From NCBI GenBank assembly GCA_048938105.1, contig JBHLMN010000023.1, positions 1-64,000 of the forward strand: DNA of 64,000 nucleotides. The letters run 5' to 3'. Position 1 is the first letter of the stretch; every line of letters begins with the position of its first letter. Below, in pieces: positions 51,046-61,076 of the stretch. A program made the translations under genes and the position numbers. The notes beneath the pieces were generated by a model. The model saw only the letters and a list, made by a program, of their open reading frames with translations. It was not told the origin of the DNA and ran no database searches. The DNA comes from Promethearchaeota archaeon (GTDB lineage Archaea; Asgardarchaeota; Heimdallarchaeia; Hodarchaeales; Hodarchaeaceae).

Positions 51046-51801
51046 TCAGGTATACATTCTCCTTGAAGATAACCTGTCTTTTTCTGTGTCTTCCATAGGC
51101 GCTAGTTGCCTTTTTATTTCCTCTTCGATCACACGAGCATTTCTTATTAACTCTTCGGTTTGAATTTCAACATTTAAAAGATTACTGAGTTTTTCAACCG
51201 CAGCAACCGCTCCCAGTGGATCGGGGCGATCTCTTTCCGCATATGCAAGAAGACCAACCGCAGGGAACATGTTCATATCTAGATATCCAAGCATTATCGC
51301 AAGTGGTCCAGCAACAAATAATCCAGGGTTTAGTAAATTCGTTTTTACTTCTTCAATGAATCCATCTGGTAAACTAGAATGAGAAAAAAGCGCTCGGCTT
51401 GGAATATATTGCAAAGGGTTGTCTGACGCTTTTAAATTTATATCAACTCCCCCAATAAAGTAAGTAATTTCGAAGTTCTTGTGGCTTAGAATCCATTCGG
51501 AGAGTTTTTCAGAAAATTCAATCTGAACATGACGATACGGTTGTAGATGAGGAATAAAGACAGCAAAATCTAGCTCATTTCCCCCATAAATCTCAAATGG
51601 TAATCTTAACCTGTTTTCCTGTACTGAAATGAACGGTGGGGCCCCACTTGACATAATTGTAGCAATCCTCTGCATTTTTAGTTCTTGAATTAAATGAGAA
51701 ACAGAAATGTATCCTATCTCTCCTAGACCATGCCATCCTCCAATGAATATGTTACATTGATCTAGAATTTCAGGCTGTTCAATGAAAATCTTAAACTTCA
51801 T
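51046..51801 (-). CDS. Proteasome assembly chaperone, PAC2 family
   Basis: GWHGLGEIGYIS, PDPLGA. Confidence 0.85.
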   Translation of the reverse strand: MKFKIFIEQPEILDQCNIFIGGWHGLGEIGYISVSHLIQELKMQRIATIMSSGAPPFISVQENRLRLPFEIYGGNELDFAVFIPHLQPYRHVQIEFSEKLSEWILSHKNFEITYFIGGVDINLKASDNPLQYIPSRALFSHSSLPDGFIEEVKTNLLNPGLFVAGPLAIMLGYLDMNMFPAVGLLAYAERDRPDPLGAVAAVEKLSNLLNVEIQTEELIRNARVIEEEIKRQLAPMEDTEKDRLSSRRMYT

Positions 51802-51825
51802 TGGTTACCACTCCTTATGATTTTG

Positions 51826-52488
51826 TCACTCTAGTCGGTTCTCTCTTGCGATATATCTAGCCCGGCTTTGGATTTTTTTCATATGTTCAAAAGTTTTCCT
51901 GCCTTTCTTGGATATCTCAATATATCCAAGTTTAAACAAGTCAAATAGATTTTGGAAATCTGAGCTGATTGCCTTTAATGTACTGTAGAACGTTAATAAA
52001 TCGTCAGCTTTTTTTTCTATCTCCATTGATACGTGGCTTAATCCAAAATCGATCAACCATGGTTCGTTATGTTTATTAATAACAATATTAAAGACAGTTA
52101 AATCCCCGTGTGTAATATCATTCTTGTGAAGAAGACCAACTTGCTGACCTATGGCTTTAAAAATTGATTTTAATTCAATGAGAGGTGCTGTATTCATTAA
52201 AAAAAAGAGGATTTCTCCTTGGATTTCCTCAATCAACAAAGTTCGGTTACCAAAATCAATTCCAAGAAGAACTGGTACTCGAGCACCGATCTTCCACGCA
52301 GACACCATTATTCGAGCTTCTGCTCTTAATCTTTGTAAACGGATCGCATTGTCTATTTGTGGTAATCTATAAATTTTTGGAAGCCGATGTTTCAGAACTA
52401 TTGGAGTTTGAAGAAATGAACCACGATAAATTATAGCTTCTGCACCTTTCGCTAGTATTTTATCTTGTTTAATCATCAATGGATCCAA
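51826..52488 (-). CDS. bud32: KEOPS kinase Bud32
   Basis: KGAEA, HGDLT..N, IDFGL. Confidence 0.92.
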   Translation of the reverse strand: MDPLMIKQDKILAKGAEAIIYRGSFLQTPIVLKHRLPKIYRLPQIDNAIRLQRLRAEARIMVSAWKIGARVPVLLGIDFGNRTLLIEEIQGEILFFLMNTAPLIELKSIFKAIGQQVGLLHKNDITHGDLTVFNIVINKHNEPWLIDFGLSHVSMEIEKKADDLLTFYSTLKAISSDFQNLFDLFKLGYIEISKKGRKTFEHMKKIQSRARYIARENRLE

Positions 52489-53468
52489 TTCACTTCTACT
52501 TGGTCAGTTCGCCAACGAGGAATTACATGACTTTGTTTAATTTTTATGAAATCGTTAACTTCATACATTTTTACACCAGCTAAGGCAATCATTGCTCCAT
52601 TATCCCCAGCAAGGTTTTTTGGAACTACAAAAAATTTGATTGATTGCTCTGATGCTACTCCTTGCATCATTTCTTGAAGTCTTTTATTCGCTGCTACACC
52701 CCCTGTTAATAAAAGGGAAGATTTTTTGGTACATGACAAAGCTCGTTCTGTAGCCTCAGCTAATGCTGCAAAAGTATATTCTTGAAAAGAATAACAAATG
52801 TCAGAAACATCATTTTTTGAAATGAGTTTTTGAGCAGCAGTAATAACACCAGAAAAGGAGAATGACATACCTTTTATTGTATATGGAAGAGAAAGTAAAG
52901 TTTTCCCCTTTTTCGCTTCTTGTTCAATATAAGGTCCTCCAGGGTGAGGGAGTCCTAATTTTCTCCCAAGACTGTCTAATGCATTACCAATAGCTACATC
53001 TAATGTTTCTCCAAGGATACGGTATTTTCCATTCAGGAAAGTGATAAGCTGAGTATTTCCCCCACTCACATAAAGGACCAAAGGGTCTTCAGCTGGTGTA
53101 AGCATTCTTCCAAGCTCGACATGGGCAATACAATGGTTAACACCAATCAATGGTCTCTTTATCAGTAAAGAAATAGCCCGAGCAATAGTTGCAGTTATTC
53201 TAAGACATGGTCCAAGACCTGGTCCTTGAGAGAAGGCAATTGCATCTATTTTATGTACTTTAAAGGGCAATTTATCAAAGATGTGTTCCAAGAGTCTTGG
53301 GAAATGTTTGGCAAGAAAATCTGATGCTTCCCTCGGATGTATACCACCCTGTGTTGGAAAATAGGTAGCTGACTCATTGATAATTATTTTTTTACCCTTT
53401 ACTACAGCTATTCCTGCGGTATGAGCCGTTCCTTCAAATCCTAAAATTATAGGTTCATTTTTCACCAT
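52476..53468 (-). CDS. kae1: KEOPS t6A synthase Kae1 (start corrected to ATG 53468)
   Basis: GFEGTAHT, GGIHPREA, NHCIAH, DNGAMIA; the track's upstream extension overlaps rps27ae. Confidence 0.95.
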   Translation of the reverse strand: MVKNEPIILGFEGTAHTAGIAVVKGKKIIINESATYFPTQGGIHPREASDFLAKHFPRLLEHIFDKLPFKVHKIDAIAFSQGPGLGPCLRITATIARAISLLIKRPLIGVNHCIAHVELGRMLTPAEDPLVLYVSGGNTQLITFLNGKYRILGETLDVAIGNALDSLGRKLGLPHPGGPYIEQEAKKGKTLLSLPYTIKGMSFSFSGVITAAQKLISKNDVSDICYSFQEYTFAALAEATERALSCTKKSSLLLTGGVAANKRLQEMMQGVASEQSIKFFVVPKNLAGDNGAMIALAGVKMYEVNDFIKIKQSHVIPRWRTDQVEVNWIH

Positions 53469-53490
53469 GTCAGAGTCAGAAGAATCTGAT

Positions 53491-53655
53491 TTAGAATTCC
53501 GTGTATCCACATAAACCACAAGAAATCCTTCTATCTTTATGTTGTGCCATAAACGATCCTTTACAACGAGGACAAAATTCATGCGTTCTTTTTATTGCCC
53601 CCTTTTTATAATCAACTTTATAATATGCGTTTGTGGGCTTCCTTCTTGTAGTCAT
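53491..53655 (-). CDS. rps27ae: 30S ribosomal protein S27ae (eS31), 54 aa, missing from the ORF track
   Basis: [54 protein letters not shown]; canonical position after rps24e. Confidence 0.95.
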   Translation of the reverse strand: MTTRRKPTNAYYKVDYKKGAIKRTHEFCPRCKGSFMAQHKDRRISCGLCGYTEF

Positions 53656-53660
53656 GATGG

Positions 53661-53963
53661 TCAGCTCTTTTTACTTTCTTCATTTACGAATTTATTCCTT
53701 TTTAAGCGAAATTTCGGCTCGAAAATATATACATCTTCCGTATTATCATAACAATGAACTGTTACATGAGATCTCGGTTCCCCAAAATGTCCATGGATAC
53801 TCTGTATAACAACATGATCAAGATCCATATTTAATTGAGCAGCAATTTTAGACCTAACGGCCTCTCGTGTTGGGGTCACCTCTCCTAAATGAGTAAGGAG
53901 AACATCAACTTCCTTTCGGCCTATTAATGGGTTGTATTTTTCTTCAATAATTGTGGTCTCCAT
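53661..53963 (-). CDS. rps24e: 30S ribosomal protein S24e
   Basis: [18 protein letters not shown]. Confidence 0.92.
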   Translation of the reverse strand: METTIIEEKYNPLIGRKEVDVLLTHLGEVTPTREAVRSKIAAQLNMDLDHVVIQSIHGHFGEPRSHVTVHCYDNTEDVYIFEPKFRLKRNKFVNEESKKS

Positions 53964-54522
53964 AAGTGGATTCCTCATGAACTTCGAATTTTTTTAGCAA
54001 TTTTTGCACTAACTTCTTTAGGCTAGGAGTAATCAGAGCTACAACAATACCTTCATCAGTATTAATAGGAGGTTGGCCGTAAACAACCATACTTCCAAGG
54101 GGTAATAAAATAATCGCAGGGATTACTAGAAGATCCTCTTCGCCATCAATCCTGACAGCGACACGACATTTATCTGAGGTATATGTTTGTATTTGTTTGA
54201 TTGTGTGTTCAATAACTCCCCAAGCAGCGTTCGAGATCCATTCTGGAGGATTGGAAACATTCATATCTTGATATAGTTTGAGATCAAGGGTAATTTCTTG
54301 TTTTCTGAGGGTTTTTCCATCGTATATTACGATGTCAGGATAAAAATTAACATCAAATAGTGTTTTAGTACAATAATCCCCTATAGATATTGTAATAGGA
54401 GGTTTTTTCCTGTTAATATAGTTCTTTGCGTTTCTTGCAGCGTTGAGAGCTGTTCCTGTATATAGTATTCCAAATGGATCACGTAATGATGTTCTTAACA
54501 TCTGTGGAAGTTTGTAACCCAA
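53944..54522 (-). CDS. GTP-dependent dephospho-CoA kinase (DUF359)
   Basis: IGD, DGKTLR, NPP..I, DGEEDLL, YGQP. Confidence 0.88.
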   Translation of the reverse strand: MGYKLPQMLRTSLRDPFGILYTGTALNAARNAKNYINRKKPPITISIGDYCTKTLFDVNFYPDIVIYDGKTLRKQEITLDLKLYQDMNVSNPPEWISNAAWGVIEHTIKQIQTYTSDKCRVAVRIDGEEDLLVIPAIILLPLGSMVVYGQPPINTDEGIVVALITPSLKKLVQKLLKKFEVHEESTYGDHNY

Positions 54523-54532
54523 AAAGAAACCT

Positions 54533-54727
54533 CTAGCGTACTTTGATAGCATATTTCCCAGGTCGAGTAACATTGAGTTTGTGAGCTATTTTGCTTTTAT
54601 TGACATCTCTTATAATAACCATACCAACAAAGGATTTAGAAAGATGATTATGAGTTTTACAAATGGGACAGACCTCCTCTCCATGTACTATGCTATTACA
54701 TTTCTTACATGCTTTTAATTTTACCAT
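54533..54727 (-). CDS. spt4: Transcription elongation factor Spt4 (RpoE'')
   Basis: ACKKC..CPIC, SKIA..L...PGKYAIKVR. Confidence 0.93.
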   Translation of the reverse strand: MVKLKACKKCNSIVHGEEVCPICKTHNHLSKSFVGMVIIRDVNKSKIAHKLNVTRPGKYAIKVR

Positions 54728-55279
54728 TTAAGAATTCTCCTTTGTTGTAGATTCTTCAATCCAGCTTTTCAAGCCAAGACCTTCCCCCTTCATTGTGACT
54801 GCGATTTTCATGCTTACATGATCAACAGTTGCCGTAATGATCTTTCCACGGACAAGATCCCCTGGCCTAATTGTACGACCTGATTCTCGTCCTACTAAAA
54901 CACCAGAAGATCGAGAAGACATCTGGAAATACTCTTCCGCAATCTGACTGATATGAGCTAATGCGTCAGTACAGCCTATTCTCATGAAAAAACCAAATTT
55001 TGTAGTTTCTACTACCTCTCCTTCGGATACTTCATCATCTAGTGGTCGAAAGGTGATAGCTTCATATTCAACATCATGAAACGTTGCTCCATCGCCTGGA
55101 ACAATCCTACCTGGCGAAACTTCGATGATAGACAATATTGCAACAATCATTCCAACATCTGCACCAATTGTAGTTTCATTTTTTGCCCGAGAGATATCAA
55201 GTATGACCTTTGCTATTGACTCCCCAAAACGGTTTGGAGGAACACGGATTGTTTCACGGATTCGAGTTAAGTAGTACAT
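54728..55279 (-). CDS. rpo7: RNA polymerase subunit Rpo7 (RpoE')
   Basis: IRVPPNRFG, PGDGA, S1 domain, GLG. Confidence 0.93.
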   Translation of the reverse strand: MYYLTRIRETIRVPPNRFGESIAKVILDISRAKNETTIGADVGMIVAILSIIEVSPGRIVPGDGATFHDVEYEAITFRPLDDEVSEGEVVETTKFGFFMRIGCTDALAHISQIAEEYFQMSSRSSGVLVGRESGRTIRPGDLVRGKIITATVDHVSMKIAVTMKGEGLGLKSWIEESTTKENS

Positions 55280-55607
55280 AGTTCTTAAGCCTCAGTACGT
55301 TACCCTAGTACTGCAACTACTAAAAAATAGATCACATTGGGGTTTATTCATTAGACTATTGAGTGTTTCCACAAAACAATTCTTACAGAGATTGTATAAG
55401 AAAATCTCTTAACTTTAAGATAAGAAAAAACTAGCCAAAAAAGGGATTTATTTCCATTTGGAAGAATGATATTTTCTTGAACGAAAATAATTGAGCTAAA
55501 TGAATAGTTGATATTCACAATATGACACTTATTTGTCCATACGAATAAAAAAAGGGGTGTGGGGATCAGACCCACTTTTAAGATATTGATTTAGGATATT
55601 TTCGAGA

Positions 55608-58094
55608 TTATTCTCTAATTGATGTTATTTTTCGATTACTTTTCCTATATGCCCATATAAACAATACAAAAAGTCCGGCCGCAACTATCATTAGAATTAA
55701 ACTAAGATCTGGTTTGACAGTTGATTCTACTAAAAGTGGAGCCAATATAAGACTTACTAAGTTAACAACTTTTATCATAGGATTAATTGCTGGACCTGCT
55801 GTATCTTTCAAGGGATCACCAACTGTATCACCAACAACACCCGCTTTATGACGTTCGGAACCTTTCCCCATATTCTTTTCTATGTCCCGAGGCTCGTCCT
55901 CTACAGCCTTCTTAGCATTGTCCCAAGCACCGCCAGCATTCGCCATGAATACTGCTAGTAATTGTCCAGAAGCAATTATTCCTGCTTGGAAACCCCCTAG
56001 TACTTCAACCCCAGAACCAATTGTTTGTCGCGCGGCCTCAGAAATGTTGGAAATGGTTGCTCCTTGGACTATTAGTACACTGAATAAAATCGCTACCATA
56101 ATAGGAACTGAAACAGCAATAACGGCTAAACTTACTAATTCTTTCTGTGCTGCTGATGTGGAGATTGATACGGCTCGTCCGTAATCAGGTTTTTTTGTTC
56201 CTTCCATAACACCAGGAATTTTAAATTGGTGCCTAACTTCCTCAATAATGTCACCTGCAGCTCGACTGACTGCTCTGATGTTGAAAGCAGCAAAAATCCA
56301 TGGTAAAGCTGCACCAAGCAAAAGACCAACAAAAACCGCAGGAATATTAACACGCAAACCGTTTAAAAGCGGATTTACTAAATCTGGATACCCAGCGTCC
56401 ACCAAATTATCTACAACAACTTGTATATCGGTAACAAAGGATGCAAACAAGCTAACCGCGGCAATAACAGCGGAAGCAATAGCTATACCCTTTGTAATCG
56501 CCTTTGTGGTGTTACCAACGGCATCTAGTTCTTCTAAAACGCCTGCTGATTCCTTATCCATAGATGTAAGTTCAGCAATACCTTGCGCATTATCACTAAT
56601 TGGCCCAAATGAATCCATTGCTACATTATTACCTGTGTGAGAAAGCATACCAATTCCAATTAGTGATATCCCATAAAGCATGTATTGTAAAATCTGTGAG
56701 GAATCAACATATAATTCTCGAATTCCAAGAAATCCACCAAAGATCTGATTACCTGGAAGAATAAGAAATGTACAAACAGCTATTACAAATGAGATGCAGA
56801 TTGTAACAACAGCCCAAACACTAGATTCATACCCAAGAGCAAGTCCAGAGAGAATAGTTGTTGCAGGGCCCCCATCCATTGACTCAACTACCTCTTTAAC
56901 AGGGCCTCGTTCTTTCGAGGTAAATCTAGCTGTAATAGGATTAAAAGATACAGCTAACATCACACCTGTAGCTGTAAGAAATGCTAGTCTCCAATCACCT
57001 ATGTAAAAAATGGCAAAAATAAACGAGGTTACAATGGTAATTGCACTAGAAAGTTCATATGATTGGAACATTGCTTTCTCTGCATCAGGTGTCTTCCAGA
57101 GGGCAACTGCAAAAGTACCAACCATTGAACTGATTACACCAATTCCTCTTACAATAAGGGGATACATTATCCAAACAATAGCCTCTGTGATCGGAGTGCC
57201 TGGTACATCTAGTGCTAATCCATATAAAAATAAACCGAGAATGAGTGATGAAACGATAGTAACTTCATAAGACTCAAAGATGTCTGCAGCCATCCCTGCA
57301 CAGTCTCCAACATTATCTCCTACGAGATCCGCGATAACAGCCGCATTGCGTGGATCATCTTCAGGGATATCCTTCTCAACTTTACCAACGAGGTCTGCTC
57401 CGACATCGGCAGCTTTTGTATAAATACCACCACCTACTCTCATGAAAAGGGCAAGAATTGTACCACCAAATCCAAAACCAAGAAGTGCATCCGGGGCAGC
57501 CGTTCCAAGAACTATAAAAATGAGCGTACCTCCTAAAAGACCAAATCCATCAGTCAACATCCCTGTGACAGTACCAGCATGATATGCTATCGAAAGTGCT
57601 TTGTTATATCGTCTGTCAACATCCATAACCTGTCCATTCTCGTCCGTTGCTCCTTGAGCAGCAGCAGCAACCCTTAAGTTACCTTGAACTGCAATTCGCA
57701 TCCCAAATTGACCAACCATTAAAGAAAAGCTTGCCCCCATAATGAAAGCAATTGTCCTCCCAATCGCTAGTATCAATGTTCTTGTCTGTTTGGGGAATGC
57801 TTCCAGTTCATATTGCGCCGCTTCAGATGTATGGATTAAATAAACACTCAGAAAAAGGGCGCCTGTCAGTAGGATTACAATCGGTAGAATTGTTTTTAAT
57901 TGTTTCCCAAGATAGGCATCAGCACCTTCCTTAATGGCACTCCAAACCTGTTTCATGTCATCGGTTCCAGTGTCGTGCTTCATAACATCTTGTTTTAACC
58001 ACCAAGAATATATGAAGCTCAAAATGGCTACAATGATGACACCAATGAGAACTAATTGTTCAAAAGGATCTAAACGCATAAATGTAGTGAACAT
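55608..58094 (-). CDS. hppA: Membrane-bound pyrophosphatase, probably a K+-independent H+ pump
   Basis: GGGIYTKAADVGADLVGKVE, DNVGDCAG, GNTTKA (Lys at the K+-dependence site), GDTVGDPLKDT. Confidence 0.95.
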   Translation of the reverse strand: MFTTFMRLDPFEQLVLIGVIIVAILSFIYSWWLKQDVMKHDTGTDDMKQVWSAIKEGADAYLGKQLKTILPIVILLTGALFLSVYLIHTSEAAQYELEAFPKQTRTLILAIGRTIAFIMGASFSLMVGQFGMRIAVQGNLRVAAAAQGATDENGQVMDVDRRYNKALSIAYHAGTVTGMLTDGFGLLGGTLIFIVLGTAAPDALLGFGFGGTILALFMRVGGGIYTKAADVGADLVGKVEKDIPEDDPRNAAVIADLVGDNVGDCAGMAADIFESYEVTIVSSLILGLFLYGLALDVPGTPITEAIVWIMYPLIVRGIGVISSMVGTFAVALWKTPDAEKAMFQSYELSSAITIVTSFIFAIFYIGDWRLAFLTATGVMLAVSFNPITARFTSKERGPVKEVVESMDGGPATTILSGLALGYESSVWAVVTICISFVIAVCTFLILPGNQIFGGFLGIRELYVDSSQILQYMLYGISLIGIGMLSHTGNNVAMDSFGPISDNAQGIAELTSMDKESAGVLEELDAVGNTTKAITKGIAIASAVIAAVSLFASFVTDIQVVVDNLVDAGYPDLVNPLLNGLRVNIPAVFVGLLLGAALPWIFAAFNIRAVSRAAGDIIEEVRHQFKIPGVMEGTKKPDYGRAVSISTSAAQKELVSLAVIAVSVPIMVAILFSVLIVQGATISNISEAARQTIGSGVEVLGGFQAGIIASGQLLAVFMANAGGAWDNAKKAVEDEPRDIEKNMGKGSERHKAGVVGDTVGDPLKDTAGPAINPMIKVVNLVSLILAPLLVESTVKPDLSLILMIVAAGLFVLFIWAYRKSNRKITSIRE

Positions 58095-58527
58095 GGTTTC
58101 ACTTTTCCTTTCTACAAATTTATCAGAACCTTGAATTCAATGATAGGTAAACTATATATCTTTTTCAAAGAATAAAAGGATCCTCATGAGCTATTCTTTT
58201 GATTTTTATACATAAAGTTGTTTATAGTTTGTAACAGACCTGAAAAACAAGTGGTTCTGCCTAAACAACTTAACAAGAAACCAATTTTAAAAATTTTAAA
58301 TAATTTTTTCCTTTTTTTGGATTCAAAATTCTTAGGTTGCCTTTTTTGGAAGTAATTTTAACATATTTATATTGTAATTGTTGATAGAAGAAGGATGATC
58401 TTTAATGACAAGGACATTATTTCAAATAGAAGAGTCTTAGTAACTTTCTTATGAGGGAGAAATTATTTTTGATTTAGCGACTAGAACGAGTAAAGTAATT
58501 CCAAATCAGGAATTCTGGGTGTATAAA

Positions 58528-58977
58528 ATGACTGAAAAGACGCTTTTGGTGATTAAACCCGATGCTGTCCAAAGATCGTTGATTGGACAAATTATTTCCC
58601 GGATCGAGGAGAAAGGTCTTAAAATAATCGGCCTGCAAATACAAAAATTAACAGAATCACAAGTAGATCAATTATATGACATTCATGTAGGAAAAACCTT
58701 TTATCCTTTATTACAGTCATTTATTCTCTCTGGCCCTATTGTTGCAATTGGGATTCAAGGTGAAAATGCTGTCAAAGTCGTACGAAAACTGGCTGGTATA
58801 ACAAACTCCCCTGAAGCCGAACCTGGGACAATTCGTGGAGATTATGGACTTGATTTAACAAAAAATATTGTTCATGCTTCTGATGCTATTGAACGGGCAC
58901 AATATGAGTTAAGTATTTTATTCAAAAAAGATCAATTGGTAGAATATGAACTGATAAATAAAAATTGGATAAAATAA
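58528..58977 (+). CDS. ndk: Nucleoside diphosphate kinase
   Basis: IKPDAV, PGTIRGD, NIVHASD. Confidence 0.96.
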   Translation: MTEKTLLVIKPDAVQRSLIGQIISRIEEKGLKIIGLQIQKLTESQVDQLYDIHVGKTFYPLLQSFILSGPIVAIGIQGENAVKVVRKLAGITNSPEAEPGTIRGDYGLDLTKNIVHASDAIERAQYELSILFKKDQLVEYELINKNWIK

Positions 58978-59054
58978 TTAAATGATGTCCTTGAAGGTTT
59001 GAATATAATGGCACCTAAAATATCAAAACGAATTTTAAAAGGGAGGAATCTTTA

Positions 59055-59711
59055 ATTCAGCGACGTTATCCCTATAAGAGAATGCGAATAGAAAATTTAA
59101 ACCGTTCACAGCTCATTAAAGATGAAGAAGATCGTTGGAGATTAGTTACACCAAGTGGGGATTACATTTTCCGAATATGGATCATGGGAATTGTCACAGA
59201 AAGATATACTGGGGAAAATTACTATCTTGGGTTGAAAGTGGAGGATGGGAGTGGAGCAATTATAGTAAAAACTTGGGACGGCAGACTTGATCAATTTCAG
59301 AAGTGGGATAAAATCGAGGTTTTAGGCCAAGTGCAAATGTCTGAGAGAGATGAAGAAATTGATGTTTTTATCTCTCCTGATATTTTTCAATCTATTTCAG
59401 ATGATAACTGGTTCTTAGTACATAGGTTAAAAATTGCTCAACAACTCCAAAGTGACACCTCGATTGAAGTTAAGTCTGCAACTGTAGGAGGTATTGAACT
59501 TGGTGTTGCCTCTATAGAAGATCTGAAAATAAAATTACACGAGGCTGTTAAGAAGTTTGATAAGGGGGGAGGTGTAACATATAACCAACTAGTAAGGATA
59601 TTTTCCGATATTGATGAGGTTCAGCTTGATGAAGCTATTACCGAGTTACTGGAATCTGGAGAGTTTTTTGAACCTAAAGCAGGGATTTTTTCCTCAGCTG
59701 TTGATTCATGA
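59055..59711 (+). CDS. RPA32/RPA2-like single-stranded DNA-binding protein (OB fold plus C-terminal winged helix); start uncertain
   Basis: RIWIMGIV...VEDGSGAI OB fold; LLESGEFFEPKAG wHTH; in-frame RRYPYKR upstream of ATG 59082. Confidence 0.8.
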   Translation: MQRRYPYKRMRIENLNRSQLIKDEEDRWRLVTPSGDYIFRIWIMGIVTERYTGENYYLGLKVEDGSGAIIVKTWDGRLDQFQKWDKIEVLGQVQMSERDEEIDVFISPDIFQSISDDNWFLVHRLKIAQQLQSDTSIEVKSATVGGIELGVASIEDLKIKLHEAVKKFDKGGGVTYNQLVRIFSDIDEVQLDEAITELLESGEFFEPKAGIFSSAVDS

Positions 59712-59741
59712 AGTTATTTAATATGATTCTAGAAGAAAGTC

Positions 59742-60308
59742 TTAAGGACGATTCCACTGAAAAACATAGTATCGAATCTGTTGGTCTGATAAAACAGTTG
59801 CAATAACATATCTTTTTCTTACTGATGTTGCAAGTCTTCCAGCACGGACTAGATCAATAGGTTTGATCGTTGACGCCTTTGGAAAGATTGAAACTAGAAA
59901 TGGAGCGTGATCAATTCCTGGGCCACGACGATAAACAGCATAATCAGTCCCAAATTTAAGACCAGGACGTACAATGTAACGCTTATTACGGAGGTCCAAA
60001 AAAACCGCATAAAAATCATCAAATTTTGGAAATCGTTCCTTACAAATGTTTAAGAATTCATCTTGGGAAAGAAATTTTGAATCGTCACTATAAATAGAGA
60101 TTTTCTTCTTCTCCTGTAGAAATGCAGCCTCTAAAAGGGTTAGTTCTAGAGGACGATCAAATCTGGGTGATTTAGGTTTTCTAATCCCTACTGGTTTTCC
60201 AAAATACCCTAGTTGGTAAATATAGCTTCCCTGATTTGGGTTCCATATGATCACATGCTTATTAACTATTTGAGCTGGAATTGGGATTTCCATTGATTTT
60301 GCTTCCAA
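59742..60308 (-). CDS. endA: tRNA-splicing endonuclease, catalytic subunit
   Basis: GLKFGTDYAVY, GPGIDHA and SVRK give the Tyr/His/Lys triad. Confidence 0.92.
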   Translation of the reverse strand: MEAKSMEIPIPAQIVNKHVIIWNPNQGSYIYQLGYFGKPVGIRKPKSPRFDRPLELTLLEAAFLQEKKKISIYSDDSKFLSQDEFLNICKERFPKFDDFYAVFLDLRNKRYIVRPGLKFGTDYAVYRRGPGIDHAPFLVSIFPKASTIKPIDLVRAGRLATSVRKRYVIATVLSDQQIRYYVFQWNRP

Positions 60309-60333
60309 AAGGAAAGTAAAATTTCAGATCAAC

Positions 60334-60960
60334 TTATCTCTCGTTGCCCCTTCGATTTAACATTGGGGCAATCAATCTAATAACTAAGAGTATGTCAAGA
60401 ATTACAAGGGTAATAAGTAGAGTAATAGCAGCATAAAAATTAGCCAAAGAAAAATCTTCTGGAGTTTCAATGACTGTAATCTCAACATTATTGCTGATTG
60501 TCTTAAATTTCGTAGGATTGAGTTCTGAGTCATAATACTCAACGAGTGCCGAGAATAAGTAATATGTACCTAGCGATTTTGCTGTAACTAAATAACTAAA
60601 TTTACGAGTTTCATTAACATCAATTTGACCATAAGAGAGTTGTGTTAAACCTGATACCTCAAAAACCCACGGTTGATTTAATTGATCAATAAAAGTAACA
60701 TTGTAAGCTGTTTTGTTACCAAAGTTATTAATGATCACATTGACTACAAAACTCTCCCCTCTAACTACCTCAGTTTTATCAACGTTTTTTACAACAAATA
60801 ATTTCGGGTAAATAAAATTTGTTTTCTCCACTTCTGCTGTTGAAGCCCTGACATGTGTTGTTGTTTGATTTAGGGCAATACCAACAATATTCAGACTTAC
60901 TACTGTTAAGAAAACAAAGCAAATCCGTTTTGTCTTACTATTCAATAATAAAAACCCCAT
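60334..60960 (-). CDS. TRAP-beta (SSR2)-like type I membrane protein (BatD/DUF11-like Ig fold)
   Basis: Signal segment; L.V.K...V.G...I.N.G...A.NV...D...F.VSG...G.Y...A.V.Y; C-terminal TM. Confidence 0.6.
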   Translation of the reverse strand: MGFLLLNSKTKRICFVFLTVVSLNIVGIALNQTTTHVRASTAEVEKTNFIYPKLFVVKNVDKTEVVRGESFVVNVIINNFGNKTAYNVTFIDQLNQPWVFEVSGLTQLSYGQIDVNETRKFSYLVTAKSLGTYYLFSALVEYYDSELNPTKFKTISNNVEITVIETPEDFSLANFYAAITLLITLVILDILLVIRLIAPMLNRRGNER

Positions 60961-61076
60961 TAAGGCGCAGTTACACTCCTGTAGATTATCTTGTTAAAGA
61001 TTCTTGTTTCTATTCTTTTTATCTTCAAATTTTCTTAACAAAACATTCTTGTTTTACTTTTTTCCTTTAACTTAAC

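Noticed and set aside
53469-53582. N-terminal extension of Kae1 in the ORF track
   Set aside because: It overlaps the real rps27ae gene; the conserved Kae1 sequence begins at ATG 53468.
53491-53655. Ubiquitin-S27a fusion
   Set aside because: The S27ae ORF starts 5 nt after rps24e, leaving no room for a ubiquitin moiety.
55882-58134. Multiple plus-strand ORFs within hppA, and similar antisense ORFs in rpl, tbp, nnr and folP
   Set aside because: Antisense to well-conserved genes and carry no motifs.
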